DNA from: Podarcis bocagei
Lineage: Eukaryota
Assembly (NCBI GenBank): GCA_964188305.1
Contig: OZ076895.1
Direction: 5' to 3' (one strand)
DNA: 64,000 nt
Made by a program: the position numbers and the translations under genes. The notes beneath the pieces are model-generated. The model was not told where the DNA came from. It saw only the letters and a list, made by a program, of their open reading frames with translations, and ran no database searches. Shown piece after piece: positions 52,934-64,000 of the stretch. Numbering within the stretch: the first letter of the stretch is position 1; each line of letters begins with the position of its first letter.

Positions 52934-53677
52934 TGCAATCTACACATACAATAAATTATTTGAAAGCTGAATGCCATGGCTTAACAAGCCAACTGTTTAA
53001 CAGGAATCATGTAGGTAATGTTCTCATTGAAATTACATCATCCTTCATGAAGGCTTCTTAATTTACTTATTACAATCCATCACTCACAGGTATACTCCAA
53101 AGAGCATAATAAATATTGGTTCAATAGTTGTTGATCCAATAATTCAACAAACAAAATGGAGACCACATTGGTTTGGAACACCTAGCTCACTAATATAGAA
53201 AGTCACCTTCACTGCAGCACCATGGACAGGGTACAACAAAACCACATTTTTCCTCCAAGAAACTCAATAGATTTGAAGTTTAGTCTTGACATTTAAGAAT
53301 TCTGCTGGGATAAACTAAACTGGTTTCTTAAACACAGTTCAGATTGTTTTACTACAATGAAACCAGAGCTGGAAGGAAGCTCCACTGAGTACTTGCTGTC
53401 TGATTAGCCACTTGCACAGGTGGGTTTCTTGTTCCCTCACTGTGAATATATATAAAAATTAAATAATATTGGCCTGTTGAAAATTCAAATACAATTCATG
53501 CTCATAACAATATGCCTAAGTTAATACACCTGCATATTTTAATAGTCAAGCTTCACTACAACAGGAGTAAATTTACAATTTACAGCTTCCACCTTGCATA
53601 AGAAATGCTATTCCTATGATTAAAATGCAATAGCCCCGCATTCCTCAAAACATTTCTTTAAAAAATTATCTTAAATA

Positions 53678-53903
53678 CAGTGGTACCTCGGGTTACAGAT
53701 GCTTCAGGTTACAGACTCTGCTAATCCAGAAATAGTACCTCGGGTTAAGAACTTTACTTCAGGATGAGAACAGAAATCGTGCTCCAGTGGAGCAGCGGCC
53801 ACAGGAGGCTCCATTAGCTAAAATGGTGCTTCAGATTAAGAACAGTTTCAGGTTAAGAACGGACCTCCGGAACGAATTGAGTACTTAACCCGAGGTACCA
53901 CTG
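53678..53903. mobile_element. Tc1/mariner (Tigger-like) MITE, family B, copy 1
   Basis: TIRs CAGTGGTACCTCGGGTTA / TAACCCGAGGTACCACTG, TA TSD. Confidence 0.9.
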
Positions 53904-55203
53904 TACTGTATTTGGAATGCTGTTGGCTTCCCTGTAACTCCCTCCAGACTTCAGGAAGGAAACTTTCATCTTGGCCAAAAAAATATAAATATATTTAAGC
54001 CTACATGTAAACTTGTACTTAAGATGTTAAGAAGAGCACTGCTGAATTGTACCAAAGGTCTATCTAGTCCAGCATTCTGTTCCCACGGTGGCCAACCAGG
54101 TATCTATGGGAATCCCACAAGCAGGACATAAGCACAATAGCACTTTCCCACTGAGAGTCCCCAAGTATTCAGATGCATACTGCTTCTGACACTGGAATAT
54201 ACAGTCATCACAGCTAGTAGCCATTGCTGAACATGTTGAAATATTGTATTGATAAAATGCACACCATTCTTCCTTACTATGGCATATCAAAGCTTGTAAT
54301 TAAACCAGGGTGGTATCATGAATTAAAGAGGTCAATGAGTCAGATGAAGACACGACTGCCTTATACCAAGTCAGACCACTGGCCTATGTAGCCCCAGTAT
54401 TGTCCATCTTAACTGGCAGTTAAGGGCTCAAGCAGAGGTCGTTCTCAATCCTAAATTTAAAAGCCTTCTAACTGGAGACGTTAGGACTTAACCTGGGGTG
54501 TTCTGCAGGTAAACCATGTGCTCTACCACAGAATAATAACCCTTCAAGAATGAGAAAAATCCCTTGTAGAAGCCAATCAATTACTTCCAACAGGGCAGAA
54601 ATAAAGTTTAAATTAAATGTACAATGATTCTTGTGACAACTTTGCTTTATCAGATTAACACTACAGTATTTCAAGGATGGAATATTCTCAACCTGCAAAT
54701 TTGAAAGTCACATTGGCAACTAATAACTGAGAGGGGCTATGTTTTGAGTCATGCAAGGATTAAAGAGCCAGCAATATTGGCTCCGATCATAGCTCACTAT
54801 AATTGAAGCCAAGAAAAAGGCAAAAGGTTTGTTAATGCAAACATGCAATATGTGGACAACACCACATTTTGGCATCCTTCTGCTATCTCAATCCCTGACT
54901 CCCACTAATATGCCATGAAATAGGCAAATGACAATAAGCAGCTGAATATTGTCAAAAACTCTGCTCAAAATCCAGTTGCTTTTCATATTTGAGTGTGTTA
55001 CAAACTGTGTCATACAAACTGGAGACAAGAGGGTTAACAGAGTTATTTGCCCATGTATAGAATAATCCACATAGGTGAGCTAGTAGCTGGCCTGATAGCA
55101 GGCCTACACTACTGCCTCTTATCAGAAGCTTCTGGTGCCTAGACTAAGCACCTGGATAACAACTGCCCACTCCTAACATTTTTTGAGCTGTTAGATGCAG
55201 TAT

Positions 55204-55207
55204 CTAC

Positions 55208-55258
<51 letters not shown>

Positions 55259-55271
55259 TTATTATTATTAT
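55204..55271. repeat. Compound (CTA)(CTT)n(ATT)n microsatellite
   Basis: Directly visible. Confidence 0.95.
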
Positions 55272-55974
55272 CATCTTTTCAAAACTAATTACTTTTAGTA
55301 CTTCAAAGCTGCAACCACATTCTGAAGAAACCACCATTAATGAACACTACAAATAGTCTGAAGCAAAGCTTATGAACTAGGGCTCTAGCTAAGTTGTTCA
55401 GCAACTGAATGTATCAAGTACTGTAGCACATTATATCATCAACCTCTTATGTACATGAGAGATTTTAGCAAAATTGGTTTTTCTAAGCAAGCAGCTGGGC
55501 AGTTCCTCCTAATTAATTATCTTAAAACATTTCAATCATGTTAGTCAACAATTCAAGATATGTACTTGAGTCATAGTTTTATGTCTATGCAAATTAGTTC
55601 AGATTACCTAGAGAAGTACTGCTTTTCTCTTTCGCAGAACGAGGCACCTACATTATTCTTATACCTGCAAATGAATGAATAACCCATACACCTTATGCAC
55701 TAATTCTATGGCAAATAGGTTTCATGGTGACATCACTCTTCAAAATGCCCCTTCTCTTGGCAGGAAAGCATTCACTTTCCCTATAGCACCTTCTTTTCCC
55801 CATACCATCCTAAAAGAGAAATACTTGATGACTTCTCCAAATCCCAACTTTATGCCTCAATCTTGCCATCAATCAAAAGGGATAAATTCCACATATTATT
55901 TATATAAGTGCTCAGGTCTACAGCCCACTTAGAATTCAAGTATCCCCCCCCCCCCGTGGTGTACTGGAAAAAAG

Positions 55975-56125
55975 GGGCGGGTAGCTCAGCCAGAAGAGCA
56001 CGAAACTCTTAATCTCAGGGTTGTGGATTTGAACGCCACGTTGGGCAACAGATTCCTGCATTGCGAGGGGTTGGACTAGATCATCCTCATGGTCCCTTCC
56101 AACTCTACAATACTATGATTCGATG
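55975..56125 (+). mobile_element. tRNA(Lys)-derived SINE with CR1-like 3' end
   Basis: TAGCTCAG...CTCTTAATCTCAGGGTTGTGG head followed by GGTCCCTTCCAACTCTAC..CTATGATTC tail; a related decayed copy lies at about 557-674. Confidence 0.75.
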
Positions 56126-57075
56126 AAAAAAGAAAACCCAGAAAAAGTAATAGGGCTGGCCATTTGCCTTTTCTACCTGAAGAAACATTCAAGTGGGAGT
56201 TTATGGGAAAGACGCATGAGTTGAAGAGCATATATACATTCTGAAAAGATTTAATAACTTAAGATATTCTATTATTTTTCCATATAAACAATTGCTTCAT
56301 TCCAGCAGTACATTACATATTTGCAAATGTAATGAAAATGGTCAATAAGACCATCACCCTACAACTGAATTTGATTACCTTCTGCAGTAACTATGGATAG
56401 TAACTCAGACTTGTTCACACTGTGCAATTCTACTGTTTATACATTACAGCACCTGCGTCAGAAGTAATTCTGGATGGGGGCATACAAAATCTTTCTTTAG
56501 TATATTTTGGATGTAACTTGTATTGTGATGCTCTGCATACATTCTTTGAATTTCATTTTTAGGAGGCATATGCTTCAAGAGAAGTCTCATGTTATGCAAC
56601 TTTTTAAGAAGTCAGTGATGAGCTAAAGGATACATTAGTTATTTCACAATTATGACTGATGAGAAATGCAGAAGTTGTGTGTATTTATTCTTCTAACAAA
56701 TTAGTCCAGTATGAATTGATTAGGCTCTCCCAAGGCATATGGCTCAAAGATGCCAACTTAAACAACGTGATCCGATACCTTTTAGTGTGCAATACTTTCT
56801 CTTAAAAAAGCCAAGAATAATAATGAAAATACGGAGTTATAAATGCCTTGTTCCAGTCGTTGTTGCCCCTGTACCATACAGTGACAATTCTCAGAAGAAA
56901 CTTTCTTTTTTTGGCAAGTCAAGAAAGTTGGTATACAAATAAAAATAGTTACATATGTCTAACTGTCAAACATATCTAAACGGATGCATGTGTTACTTCT
57001 GTTTAGGGGATTAGAAACTAAGAATGTCAGAATGATTTAAACCTGGTATAATGTGTTTGACTATCAAACCATATA

Positions 57076-57283
57076 CAGTGGTACCTCGGGTTAAGTACTT
57101 AATTTGTTCCGGAGGTCTGTTCTTAACCTGAAGCACCACTTTAGTTAATGGGGCCTCCTGCTGCCGCCGCCCCGCCAGAGCACGATTTCTGTTCTCATCC
57201 TGAAGCAAAGTTCTTAACCTGAAGCACGATTTCTGGGTTAGCGGGTCTGTAAACTGAAGCGTATGTAACCTGAGGTACCACTG
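57076..57283. mobile_element. Tc1/mariner MITE, family B, copy 2 (opposite orientation to copy 1)
   Basis: Same TIRs and TA TSD; interior is the reverse complement of copy 1. Confidence 0.9.
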
Positions 57284-58700
57284 TATGAAGTTACTTGAAC
57301 AAAAGATTTCCTAAAACTACATGTTTTATGGGGACTGTGTGAATTTGTTGAACCACAAGGAACAAGTACACCAGACATATTTAATGATTTGTTCCGTAAC
57401 TTCTTTCGTAGTTATAATTTCAAGGAATAAAAAGTCAGTCAATAATCATTTGCTCTTATTATTACTATCACCATGCTAACATGCCTATGGCCACAAAGGC
57501 AGTAGCTAATATGATCTGGATTTATTTATTTTTTTAAAAAAAGGTAAACACAGACAGTATTACAGCATGCACATCACCACCACTTCAATCTAAACCAATT
57601 TATAAGAAGTCAAAAGCAGAACTCTTAAGCCCTTAAGCAGTGAAAGGTATAGGAAGCCAATTACATGCCAATTTCTAGCCCCAGCTCCTGACTGCATTAC
57701 TTCCTAGGCTTACATTACATACAATATATGTCCTCCACTAGCATAGATTTTGCTCCTGAGAAACATGTTTACCTTTAGTACACAGGGTATAGAAATCTGT
57801 CAGGAATTACTACCCAAATAAAAAAGTATGTGTGGAGTGGCGGGGGGGGGGGGGGGAGAGAGAGATACATGAAGGAACCATAACCTCACTTTGAACGAAG
57901 AAAGGAAATGCAGACCATGGAAGAGAAAGCGGTGAAAGGCTTTCAACCTTACTTAATCGGAGCATCCCACAAAACTTAAGGCATGAGGAACTGACTTCTG
58001 TATAACGGGAAAGCCGTACGGGAACGTAAGAGGACATTTTTAAAAATCTAGGGAAATTCGAAATGCCCATCACAATAGGGCAAGAGGGGACACTTAACTG
58101 CCACCCACTACCAAACACACGTGCTGCTGCTGGAGAGCCTGGATACTCCCCTCCCCACCAACCACCACCTCTTTCAATACTGTGCATGGAAGGAAGAGGA
58201 GAAACCTCCTCCTCGGCACCTTATCAGACCTAAAGCCTATGAGCGATAGGTCCCTCCTGAGCACGCACACGCGAGAAGCGGCGGAGGGGTGGGGATGGGG
58301 ATGCGAAGGAGGCGCTGCCCGAGAGCCCTCCGCCTCTCTTGACTCCCCAGCCCCCGCCCTGAGCAGCCACAGCGTGGCCTCCGCCTCGCTCGGAGCCCCC
58401 TCTCCATCCAGCTGGTCCCCGGCGCGAGCGGCCAGGCGCCGGCAACCCCTCGGACCACCCTTGCGCTCCTGAGGGAGGCGAGCCGGTCCTCGCCGCCGCC
58501 GCCGCAGGGGCAGGAGCCGCCCTGGCTGGCCCCAGCCCGCCTTCCCGCCCCTCCGGCCACAGGGAGCCCCGGCGCCGGCCCGGGGTCTGGAGCAGGCGCA
58601 AGAGGGATGGCCGAGGCCTGCAGGCTACCCGCGAAGCCTCCGCTCTCTCGTAGCTAGGCAGCCCCGGCTAGCGCGCCCCGAGCCCCGGCTGCTCACTCAC

Positions 58701-58920
58701 CCGCCGCCTCGTCGTCCCTGCTCCACGGCGACCGGCTGTCTGGCGGCGGGGGCGGCGATACCCTCTCGCGCTCCCTTCCTCCCGCTCGCTCGCTCGCTCG
58801 GCTTCTATAGCAGCGGGGAAGGGGTCCGGGCGGCTCCTACGACGACCTTTATGTGAGAGACGGGTAATCTCCAGGCTCTGCGCGCTCCGCTGCCAGACCG
58901 GCCACCATCTTACATTAGGG
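58701..58920 (-). other. CNOT4: CNOT4 non-coding exon 1 (5'UTR); TSS approximate
   Basis: Lies within the CpG island; strong donor CGG|GTGAGT with GT at 58700-58699; no other CpG island upstream of exon 2. Confidence 0.8.
58900..58911 (-). promoter_or_regulatory. YY1/TISU-like element near the TSS
   Basis: AAGATGGTGGCC, one mismatch from AAGATGGCGGCC. Confidence 0.5.
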
Positions 58921-58956
58921 AGAGACTGCTTGCCTGCCCCGGACGCTGCTCCCAAG

Positions 58957-58967
58957 GCGCATGCGCA
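58957..58967. promoter_or_regulatory. NRF1 binding motif
   Basis: GCGCATGCGCA, matching the NRF1 palindromic consensus, just upstream of exon 1. Confidence 0.75.
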
Positions 58968-59034
58968 CGAGCCGCCGGAGAGGCGGGTGCGGGGGGAAAG
59001 GAAAAAGGTAGAAGGCGACGCGACGAGAGAGAGA

Positions 59035-59054
59035 GCATGACGGGAGTTGTAGTC
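59035..59054 (-). promoter_or_regulatory. ZNF143/THAP11 (SBS, ACTACA) motif
   Basis: Minus strand reads GACTACAACTCCCGTCATGC, close to the consensus ACTACAnnTCCCAnnATGC. Confidence 0.7.
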
Positions 59055-59659
59055 TTTACGGGCGGGGGAGGGAACTAGGGCAGCCGGCGAGCGTGTCCTT
59101 CCCTGGGTTCAAAAGGGGATGGGTTAGGCTGCTGACGAGGCGGTCACACTGTTGCCCAGGAAACAGTGATAGCTGTGGCATTTAAACCGGTTTATTCGAC
59201 ATCAGTCTGAGGGACTGAGCTGGCTTAACGTCAGCTAGTGGTTCGTTTGAAATGCCGGTTCGCTTATCCACCCCAGCCCGCTTCCTCCGGCACACATTCC
59301 TAGAGAGCGGGAGCCTGCATTTAAGAATCCCTCCCCTTTTCAAAAGGATGCAACAGATAACGATCGTTTTCAGCATGGCCAGATAGAGGGTCACGGAGGG
59401 ATGGGGTAGGCAGTGCCATGAAGATTCATGATTCGTCGACTCGGGTCGGCAAAAGCTTATATCACAACAAAACCTGGCCCGGTGGCAAACAATATACTTA
59501 GTTGTTCTGCTGTAAGACTAATTCAGTTAACCCTCTGGGGATTTCCTAGAGGTAGTAATTCTTGTATGACACACAGATTCACTATTGAGACTTGTTCTCA
59601 TATGCACTAATTACTTAAAAATACGCACAGTACATTCAAGAGACGGGCTGTCACCCAGG

Positions 59660-59918
59660 CAGGGCCGTAGCTAGCGGGTGGTGAGGTGGGCCCCCGCAAG
59701 GGGCGCAGGCGATTGAGGGGCGCAAAATCGGCTTAAAAATATGTCCATAAATATAAATATCCATTATTGCCTCATAAGAAATGGTTTTAAACAGAGTGTG
59801 AATTGAGTGGGGGGTTGGGGTTGGAGGAGAGGCGGAAAGAAGAACTAATTTGTCCGTGGCTAGGGGTGCAATCTGGATGGTTCTGCCAGGGGCGCAATAT
59901 TACCTATCTGTAGCTCTG
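59660..59918. mobile_element. hAT-type non-autonomous element upstream of the promoter
   Basis: Perfect 8-bp TSD CACCCAGG; degenerate CAG...CTG TIRs. Confidence 0.75.
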
Positions 59919-60223
59919 CACCCAGGAGACGTTTTAACTGATATTGCTGTGCATTGCTCCCATTACAATATATGTACAGTATTGCTGATGGGGGCTGGGG
60001 CTACATAGCTGGTTATGTTTGCACTGATGTAACTTGCAATTGTTTTACTTCAGGGTGCTTGCTGTGATGTATGGCTATTTTATTTTATTTTATTTTCGGT
60101 TTGTATTTATTGTTGCTAAACAACAGTTTTAACTGTGACCAGAGGTAGATGCTCCTGGTGGTTTTTATAAGCACAAGAATATTTGGCTGTCTGCTGTAGC
60201 CTAAGGAATTTTAACACAGTATA

Positions 60224-60566
60224 AAGGTAAAGGGACCCCTGACCGTTAGGTCCAGTTGTGGACGACTCTGGGGTTGGGGCGCTCATCTCGCTTTACTGGC
60301 TGAGGTAGCCGGCGTACAGCTCATGTGGCCAGCATGACTAAGCCACTTCTGGTGAACCAGAGCAGTGCACGGAAATGCCGTTTACCTTCCCGCCAGAGCG
60401 GTACCTATTTATCTACTTGCACTTTGACGTGCTTTTGAACTGCTAGGTTGGCAGGAGCTGGGACGGAGTAACGGGAGTTCACCCCGTCATAGGGATTCGA
60501 ACTGCCAACCTTCTGATCGGCAAGCCCTAGGCTCTGTGGTTTAGACCACAGTACCACCCGTGTCCC
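60224..60566 (-). mobile_element. Sauria SINE
   Basis: Homologous copy; perfect 13-bp TSD TTAACACAGTATA. Confidence 0.9.
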
Positions 60567-60805
60567 TTAACACAGTATAGTGACATTAGGCTGCATGTCT
60601 TTAGCATAAAATAAATTTTCCCTGTAATGGATCAGGTACATAGCATAAGAGTATATTTTTGTCTGGATATATTTTTGTAAATTTTTTGTCCAAGGAGCCT
60701 CTTGTAGTTGAGTGCCTTTTACCAGATTCATTTGGTAATGAGATAATCTGGCCACTGTAGTGTATGCAAAGCAGTCTATGTGGATCAGCCCTTGGGCCTG
60801 ATGGA

Positions 60806-60856
60806 GAAGAAGAAGAAGAAGAAGAAGAAGAAGAAGAAGAAGAAGAGGAGGAGGAG
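60806..60856. repeat. (GAA)n(GAG)n microsatellite
   Basis: Directly visible. Confidence 0.95.
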
Positions 60857-60985
60857 TTTGGATTTGATATCCCGCCTTTCACTCCCCTTCAGGAGTCTCA
60901 AAGCGGCTAACAGTCTCCTTTCCCTTCCTCCCCCACAACAAACACTCTGTGAGGTGAGTGGGGCTGAGAGACTTCAGAGAAGAAC
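60855..60985 (-). mobile_element. 5'-truncated retroposon (MIR-like SINE 3' part) with adjoining (TTC)n tail
   Basis: CACAACAAACACTCTGTGAGGTGAGTGGGGCTGAGAGA core-like segment next to the GAA microsatellite. Confidence 0.5.
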
Positions 60986-61049
60986 CTCCAAGATGGAACA
61001 GTTAGACTGCTTATAGGGACAGATAGCCAGCACCATATAAATCTCTGCT

Positions 61050-61370
61050 AAAATATATTCACTGGCTTCCCATATGCTACCAAGCTGGGTTCAAGACTGT
61101 TGTGCTAATATACAAAACCCTGAACAACTTGGGTCCAGTCGATGTTAAGAACCACCTGAGTCCTTCGAACCCATCTCAATAATCCAAAGAAGCACTGTTG
61201 GTGGTCCTCTGTGTTATAAAGATCCAAATGATCAATTCTAAAAGTTTGGCATTTAGGGTCATTGGTCCTATGCTGTGGAATGCGCTTCCAACAGAGATTT
61301 GGCAGGCATCCTCACATTTGACTTTCAGGCATCTCTTGAAGAACTTTTTATGCTGACACACTTATACAGC
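61050..61370 (+). mobile_element. Decayed L2 LINE 3' fragment
   Basis: HWLP-like start; similar to 22160-22470. Confidence 0.6.
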
Positions 61371-63459
61371 TGTTTAAATATTCTTGATTAGTCAGTCCTT
61401 TCAATGATTCTTTTGTATTGTTTTTATAGTGCACCATGTTTTCTTGTATTATATTGTACACTGTCTTGATGTTTTCCAAAAGTTAGCAGTACAGTTGACT
61501 CTCAACGTATGTGGGTGTTATGCTCCAGGAACAGTGCAAAAAGTCAAAATCGCCCATAGTCAAAAACACTCTCCCTGCACCTGTGTATGCTTTTCCAAGG
61601 CCACACACACTCTTTCAAGGCCACTGAACACTCTCCCTGTACCTCCCAATTCTCTCCCAACGTGAGTGCAATGGTAGGTGGGATTGCCAATGGTTTTTTT
61701 CCTGGATGCCCACCTCCTTTGTGATTTTTATTTATTTTTTCAGTGAAGTGCTTAGAACTGAATTTCCACAAGACAGAGATCTGTATCGTCCTTATCTCTC
61801 TATTTGCCAGGGTCCGTCCCCCCCGGGAGTTGTGTTGTGCAGCTGTCAGTATGCCCACTTGGGCATCAAAGAGGGGAGGACCAAGGCAAGAGTTGCTGTC
61901 CAGTAGAATGGTAAGCAAAAGTACAAATGCATATGGAAAGTACAAAGTGCAAATAAAAGGCTGAAAGCTTATATGCAGGCATAGCACACATAGGGCAACT
62001 ACAGCGCATATTCAGGGCAACATTCAAGGAGGTTGTCTTGTCACAAACATGACATCAAGTCAATGTTCCATTGAATTCAACTGGAGTGGGACAGAAAAGT
62101 TACCGGTAAGTGTGAATAGGTTTTCTGCTTTTCAATTTTTGCAAAGAAGCGAGCACAGAAATAGAATCAGACCCTTTAGCAAGTCCCACATAATTGAATG
62201 GGACCTATTTCCTAGTAAGGGCATACATGCAGCAGTCTGTCTTACTGAAATAAATGGGATTGTTTCGAAGTAAACATGACTAGAACTGGGCGATCAAATT
62301 TACATCATAAGTCTTATACCTGTGTACTCTAAGGAAGCCTTACATGTTTTAATATGGCTTGATGCTAGATAAATGTACTTAAGTCTGCAACCTTAATGTG
62401 TGAAAATAGACAAGAGTGCACCTATCCTTTTGGGTGATTTTATGAGCAGACCTTCTGTTCTGCATTATTTCCCATTATATTTGATCATTCTGGTGGTAAA
62501 AACATAAGTTGTTTCTATGGAAAAATAATATTGTGAAGGTATTTAATGCATTTTAAAAGTATCTTAATGTGATTGTAGCAGCTGGAGGTTAACAGTAGTC
62601 AATTTCATGTGACCACTTATTTCTCTGCAGAACGATAACCCAAGCTGTGCAGAATGATTGTAAACAAATGGTATTTTTTCACCTGTGTGTTACTATATTA
62701 CACTGTATTGCTTTATTTGCATCAGAATTCTGCTAAGCAGGGATTGAATTTTTAGAGCTATGGGTCTGATGGATGAATGATTTGAACAGGGCAACTTGGA
62801 TTAACCATGTACACTGGCCAAAAGTCTGACTATAAATTTATAGCCTTAAAAGTTGTACCATCCAGTAGTGGTTTACATACTGGTATAAAAGTGTACAGTA
62901 TCTGCTACTACAAGGTCAATTCTCTTTTATTTCTCTACAATACATTAAAACTGATGTATTTGTTTTTCCTCCCTCAAAGGAATGTGTAAATTATCCCCTT
63001 GCCATTCTTTGACAAGTCTTTCTTACAGCAATGAATCATTTGTAAAAAATAACAATAATTTTAATAGTCTATATTCTTTTTTTTTAAAAAAATTAAGATT
63101 CGTCTACCTATCAAATCCCTTTTCCTTCCCCAAGTTGTTTTAATTGAAGCTATACAGGTCTTTATTGTTATTAATGACTAAGTAATACACATGGCTGTCT
63201 GAAGATCCTGCACCACATATGACCATTAAGTCTGGGATCTACGTTTTACACTCTAAAATTACCTGACTATGCTCCTGATCTTTCTGCTTTATTTGGGCCA
63301 AGTGGAGTTTCTGGACCAGTTTCAAAGGCAGCCACCACAATAATCTAATCAGGTTACCAAAACATGGATAATTGTTTCAAAGTTATCTCTGTTCAGATAT
63401 GGGTGTGGTTGTTTTATAAAAGATATTCTGTGCCACAGAGGCCACCTATGAATCTAGTA

Positions 63460-63690
63460 CATGGTTAGGCAAACTAAGGCTCGGGGGCCGGATCTGGCCC
63501 AATCACCTTCTAAATCCAGCCTGCGGACGGTCTGGGACTCAGCATGTTTTTACATGAGTAGAATGTGTCCTTTTATTTAAAATGCATCTCTGGGTTATTT
63601 GTGGGGCATAGGAATTTGTTCATTCCAGCCCCCCACAAGGTCTGAGGGACAGTGGACCGGCCCTCTGCTGAAAATGTTTGCTGACCCCTG
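63460..63690. mobile_element. hAT-Charlie-like MITE, apparently nested in an L2-like remnant
   Basis: Perfect 8-bp TSD ATCTAGTA; TIRs CATGGTTAGGCAAAC / GTTTGCTGACCCCTG. Confidence 0.8.
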
Positions 63691-64000
63691 ATCTAGTAGC
63701 ACCTCCAAATTATCTATCTGCTCCTTTTGGGGGTGGGTGGGGTGAGGCTTCATTCAAAACCTATTTGGGCCACTTAACTGGACAAATGAACTACTCATAA
63801 GCAGTATTTCTGCCTTAGCTGGATTAGGTTTCAGTTTATTGTTCCTCATTCAGTCCATTATTAAGTTTAACTACTGGTTTAGAATGTCTACTGGCTCACC
63901 TTAATTAGATGAGAGGTAGCGTAGAGCTAGATGGTGGTACGTGAGCCCACATCCCCCTCAATGATTCTAACTCGTTTAACTTAGATCAGGGTTTCCCAAA

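Larger units (their letters stand above)
6250..58920 (-). other. CNOT4: CNOT4 gene span (12 core exons plus a cassette exon); both ends approximate
   Basis: Spliced exons reconstruct a RING (C4C4) - coiled coil - RRM - C3H1 zinc finger - low-complexity C-terminal protein. Core CDS 174+198+87+102+126+134+58+250+498+213+302 = 2142 nt (713 aa + stop). Confidence 0.97.
58250..59460. promoter_or_regulatory. CpG island / CNOT4 promoter
   Basis: The only extended GC- and CpG-dense stretch in an otherwise CpG-depleted window; surrounds exon 1. Confidence 0.93.

Noticed and set aside
55975-56050. Apparent tRNA-Lys gene
   Set aside because: Degenerate T-arm and acceptor stem, and it continues into a CR1-like tail, so it is a SINE head.
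57810-58955. Several 95-125 aa ORFs in and beside the CpG island
   Set aside because: Stop-codon depletion in GC-rich DNA; low-complexity translations with no domain.
60601-61016. Poly-Ser and poly-Lys ORFs
   Set aside because: Translations of the (GAA)n microsatellite.
1-64000. CRISPR arrays, prokaryotic defence systems, intact transposase or viral ORFs
   Set aside because: The window is a spliced eukaryotic locus; there is no repeat-spacer array and no long uninterrupted ORF.

Overview
Vertebrate (squamate, most likely lacertid lizard, judged from Sauria SINEs and squamate-type MITEs) genomic DNA containing the complete CNOT4 gene (CCR4-NOT subunit 4, RING E3 ligase) on the minus strand. 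The gene has a CpG-island promoter and non-coding exon 1 at about 58.7-58.9 kb, 11 core coding exons (43126 to 7315, 2142 nt = 713 aa; all GT-AG and in phase), and a 3'UTR with several poly(A) signals at about 5.5-7.3 kb. Beyond the core model, the sequence shows a frame-preserving 156-nt cassette exon, tandem donors 9 nt apart on exon 7, a candidate alternative last or poison exon in intron 10, uORFs in exon 1, a long-range intronic inverted repeat, and a possible terminal exon of a convergent plus-strand gene at the left edge. Introns contain Tc1/mariner and hAT MITEs, Sauria and tRNA-derived SINEs, CR1 and L2 remnants, and microsatellites. I see no evidence of an entirely new gene system; the best leads concern CNOT4 isoform and translational regulation. 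Comparisons with human CNOT4 come from memory, not from an alignment.
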